Below, piece after piece: positions 61,717 through 64,000 of a DNA stretch of 64,000 nucleotides. Location of the stretch: NCBI GenBank assembly GCA_002687795.1, contig NZBG01000003.1:24557-88556 (forward strand), read 5' to 3'. Each line of letters starts with the position of its first letter. The stretch's first letter is position 1. Origin of the DNA: Candidatus Woesearchaeota archaeon (GTDB lineage: Archaea > Nanobdellota > Nanobdellia > Woesearchaeales > GCA-2687795). The position numbers and the translations under genes were made by a program. The notes beneath the pieces are model-generated. The model saw only the letters and a list, made by a program, of their open reading frames with translations, was not told the DNA's origin and ran no database searches.

Positions 61717-64000
61717 ATGCAAGAAGAAACCCAAAAAAGACTTAGCCTGATAAGTCTGCTCAAAAAACAGAAAAAAAGAGTTTATTGGATGGCATTAACA
61801 GTTATCATCTGGTTAGGCGTATTTATAAGAACAAGAAACCTTCCCTTATTAAAAGGCAGGTTTCCTCTTGCTCTTGACCCTTACTATTTCCTGAGGATGG
61901 CCAGGCATATTGCAACGGAAGGCTCAGTTATGGCCTGGGACACTATGAGATATGCCCCTATAGGCCAGGACCCAAGCCATGAAGTTGTTATATTACCATA
62001 TATTATCTCTTATATATACAAGATATTAAAAGTATTTATCCCAACTATTACAATTGAACAGGCTGATATCCTTTACCCTGTGATATTCTTCGCATTATCC
62101 ATACCATTATTTTATCTTCTTATTAAACAACTGTTTAACAGAAATATTGCGCTGCTCTCCTGCCTTTTCCTGGTAGTGCTTCCCTCTTATCTATACAGGA
62201 CAATGGCAGGCTTCTCTGACAAAGAGCCCCTTGCTATGTTCCTCATGTTTGCTATATTCTATTTCTATGTAAAATCCTTCAAAGCCAAAGATTTCAAGCT
62301 AAAACTATTCTTTGCGCTGCTTGCCGGCATAAGCAATGGCCTGATGGGCCTCAGTTGGGGGGGTGTTAAGTTTGTGCTCATGATAATAGCCCTCTTTAAT
62401 CTGATACTTTTTGTATTGAATAGGTTCAGGAAGGAAGACTTATATGCATATATAGTATGGTTAACTCCAGCCCTTGTTATGATGTCCATGTTTCTCGGGA
62501 AATATGGCGGGATCAGGGGCGTACTACTCTCCATCAACACAGGACTTCCTATTGCTGTGCTAATGATACTATTATTCAGCAGATTGGTTCAATTCTATCT
62601 CAAAAATAAAAAACCAGTTAATATCCCACTAAATCTTTCCATTATAGCAATACTGATGGTTTTTGCCTTAACAGCAGGCTTTATACTAAAACCTGACTTC
62701 GTAATCGAAAAACTAGACGAAGTAAAGCAGCAGTTCCTGCACCCAATGGGCATCAGCAGGCTGACACTAACAGTTGCTGAGAACAGGCAGCCATACTTTA
62801 CTGACTGGTGGAGCGAATTCAAATATTACTTCTATCTATTTTTCATTGGCTCAATACTACTGTTCTATACAATAATCAAAAACTTCTCTGGAAAAAAGAA
62901 TATCTACAAGTTAACTCTTGCCTACACCATCTTCATAACAGCCTTTATATTCAGCAGAAGATCCCCCAACTCCTACCTGAACGGAGATAACCTTATCTCA
63001 CAGCTGTTATTCTTTGGCTCTCTGATTTGCTTTGTTCTTATCATCCTTGGCATATTTATTTATTCCTTCTACAAAAAAAGAGAATTATACGATAATATCA
63101 GAAGAATAAACAGGGGTTATCTCTTTATCTTTGTATGGTTCCTCATAATGGTTGTCGCTGCAAGAGGCGCAATGAGGCTGTTCTTTGTTTTTGCTCCCAT
63201 TACCACTATCCTTGCCTCTTTCCTTATATTATCTGTCTTTAGATACACAAAATTAGTCAAAGACAAGGTTTACAAGACTCTTTTATACGCGCTTGTATTT
63301 CTTATCTCTCTGCCTATAATCTTTTCCTCAGCTTCCCTAAGCCTGGCGCAGGCAGGCTACACATCACCCTCCTTCAACAACCAATGGCAGGATGCAATGA
63401 GCTGGGTAAAACAAAACACTCAGGAAGATGCTGTCTTTGCGCACTGGTGGGACTATGGCTACTGGGTGCAGGCTGAAGGAAGCAGGGCAACGATTACTGA
63501 TGGCGGTAACTATTATGCCTACTGGAACCATCTCATGGGCAGGCATGTGCTTACTGCAAAATCATACGAAGAAGCCCTAGAATACCTAAAAGTGCATAAC
63601 ACAACCCATCTCCTCATAATCTCTGATGAAATCGGCAAATACACCGCTTACTCAAGCATTGGCAGCGATGAAAACTTTGATGTTTTCTCCTGGATAGGCA
63701 CCTATTCTATGAACAGCAGAGCTACAAAAATAGAAAACAACCTTACAACCTACTTCTTCCAGGGAGGCACTACCCTTGATGAAGACTTTATTTACAATGA
63801 TAAGGTTTACCCTGCAAAGAAAAGTTATATTGCAGGATTCTTTGTTCCTGTTGACGAGACTGATGAGGATGAGATTGAAATAAAGCAGCCAAAAGCTGTT
63901 CTTTACTATAATAGGGAGAGAACAGATGTTCCTGTTGAATGCATCTATGATGAAGATGAAGGAAAAACAATTTTCAACGAATCTGGGCTCAAAGGCTGCC
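61717..64000 (+). CDS. aglB: oligosaccharyltransferase AglB/STT3, 3'-truncated by window edge
   Basis: The frame from ATG 61717 contains LDPYYFLRMAR and the catalytic WWDYGYW motif (63445 onward, in frame). It is missing from the ORF track because no stop falls within the window. Confidence 0.85.
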   Translation, partial: MQEETQKRLSLISLLKKQKKRVYWMALTVIIWLGVFIRTRNLPLLKGRFPLALDPYYFLRMARHIATEGSVMAWDTMRYAPIGQDPSHEVVILPYIISYIYKILKVFIPTITIEQADILYPVIFFALSIPLFYLLIKQLFNRNIALLSCLFLVVLPSYLYRTMAGFSDKEPLAMFLMFAIFYFYVKSFKAKDFKLKLFFALLAGISNGLMGLSWGGVKFVLMIIALFNLILFVLNRFRKEDLYAYIVWLTPALVMMSMFLGKYGGIRGVLLSINTGLPIAVLMILLFSRLVQFYLKNKKPVNIPLNLSIIAILMVFALTAGFILKPDFVIEKLDEVKQQFLHPMGISRLTLTVAENRQPYFTDWWSEFKYYFYLFFIGSILLFYTIIKNFSGKKNIYKLTLAYTIFITAFIFSRRSPNSYLNGDNLISQLLFFGSLICFVLIILGIFIYSFYKKRELYDNIRRINRGYLFIFVWFLIMVVAARGAMRLFFVFAPITTILASFLILSVFRYTKLVKDKVYKTLLYALVFLISLPIIFSSASLSLAQAGYTSPSFNNQWQDAMSWVKQNTQEDAVFAHWWDYGYWVQAEGSRATITDGGNYYAYWNHLMGRHVLTAKSYEEALEYLKVHNTTHLLIISDEIGKYTAYSSIGSDENFDVFSWIGTYSMNSRATKIENNLTTYFFQGGTTLDEDFIYNDKVYPAKKSYIAGFFVPVDETDEDEIEIKQPKAVLYYNRERTDVPVECIYDEDEGKTIFNESGLKGC

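Noticed and set aside
1-64000. CRISPR arrays, transposases, integrases, prophage structural genes
   Set aside because: No regularly spaced direct repeats and no recognisable transposase, integrase or capsid motifs were seen on either strand. The only mobile-type gene is the LAGLIDADG ORF.

Overview
This is an AT-rich, densely coded archaeal chromosomal segment. Its gene content points to a small-genome, DPANN-like lineage, but that is an inference. Housekeeping blocks I can recognise from the translated ORFs: uS2; Hef; CorA; TruD; a UDP-GlcNAc cluster (glmM, IMPase-like, glmU-like, glmS); the conserved pop5-psmA-SBDS-rrp4-rrp41-rrp42-rpoK exosome/proteasome superoperon; RNase Z, Hjc and TFE; SepF; MTA phosphorylase; SAH hydrolase; PGI/PMI; CCA-adding enzyme; RpoN; Sec61beta, NAC, RidA and Trm112; and UppS, Rpp30, a GT2 and AglB. 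RNA genes read directly from the DNA are one 5S rRNA and six tRNA genes, all on the minus strand. Five of the six tRNAs carry introns, some at non-canonical D-loop, variable-region and T-loop positions. There are also two tRNA 3'-end fragments. The most interesting signal is two tiny ORFs that appear to be leaderless. Each ends in a run of the amino acid(s) made by the pathway of the gene just downstream: a Leu run before leuA and a Phe/Tyr/Trp run before DAHP synthase. Each is followed immediately by a hairpin, a shared U-rich block and a GGAGG site. This is a ribosome-mediated attenuation layout, which to my knowledge is not established in archaea. Other points of interest: a canonical GGDEF diguanylate cyclase next to two divergent tandem PRPP-synthetase-like paralogues in a tRNA-bounded stretch that also holds a HEPN/MNT pair and a Hel308 helicase lacking its first RecA domain; a LAGLIDADG endonuclease ORF between a multi-intron tRNA and a tRNA 3' fragment; a ~165-nt nested-helix element flanked by 11-bp direct repeats; and several Shine-Dalgarno-led micro-ORFs. 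No CRISPR array, transposase or integrase was seen. All calls come from reading the sequence and the ORF translations; no database search was run.
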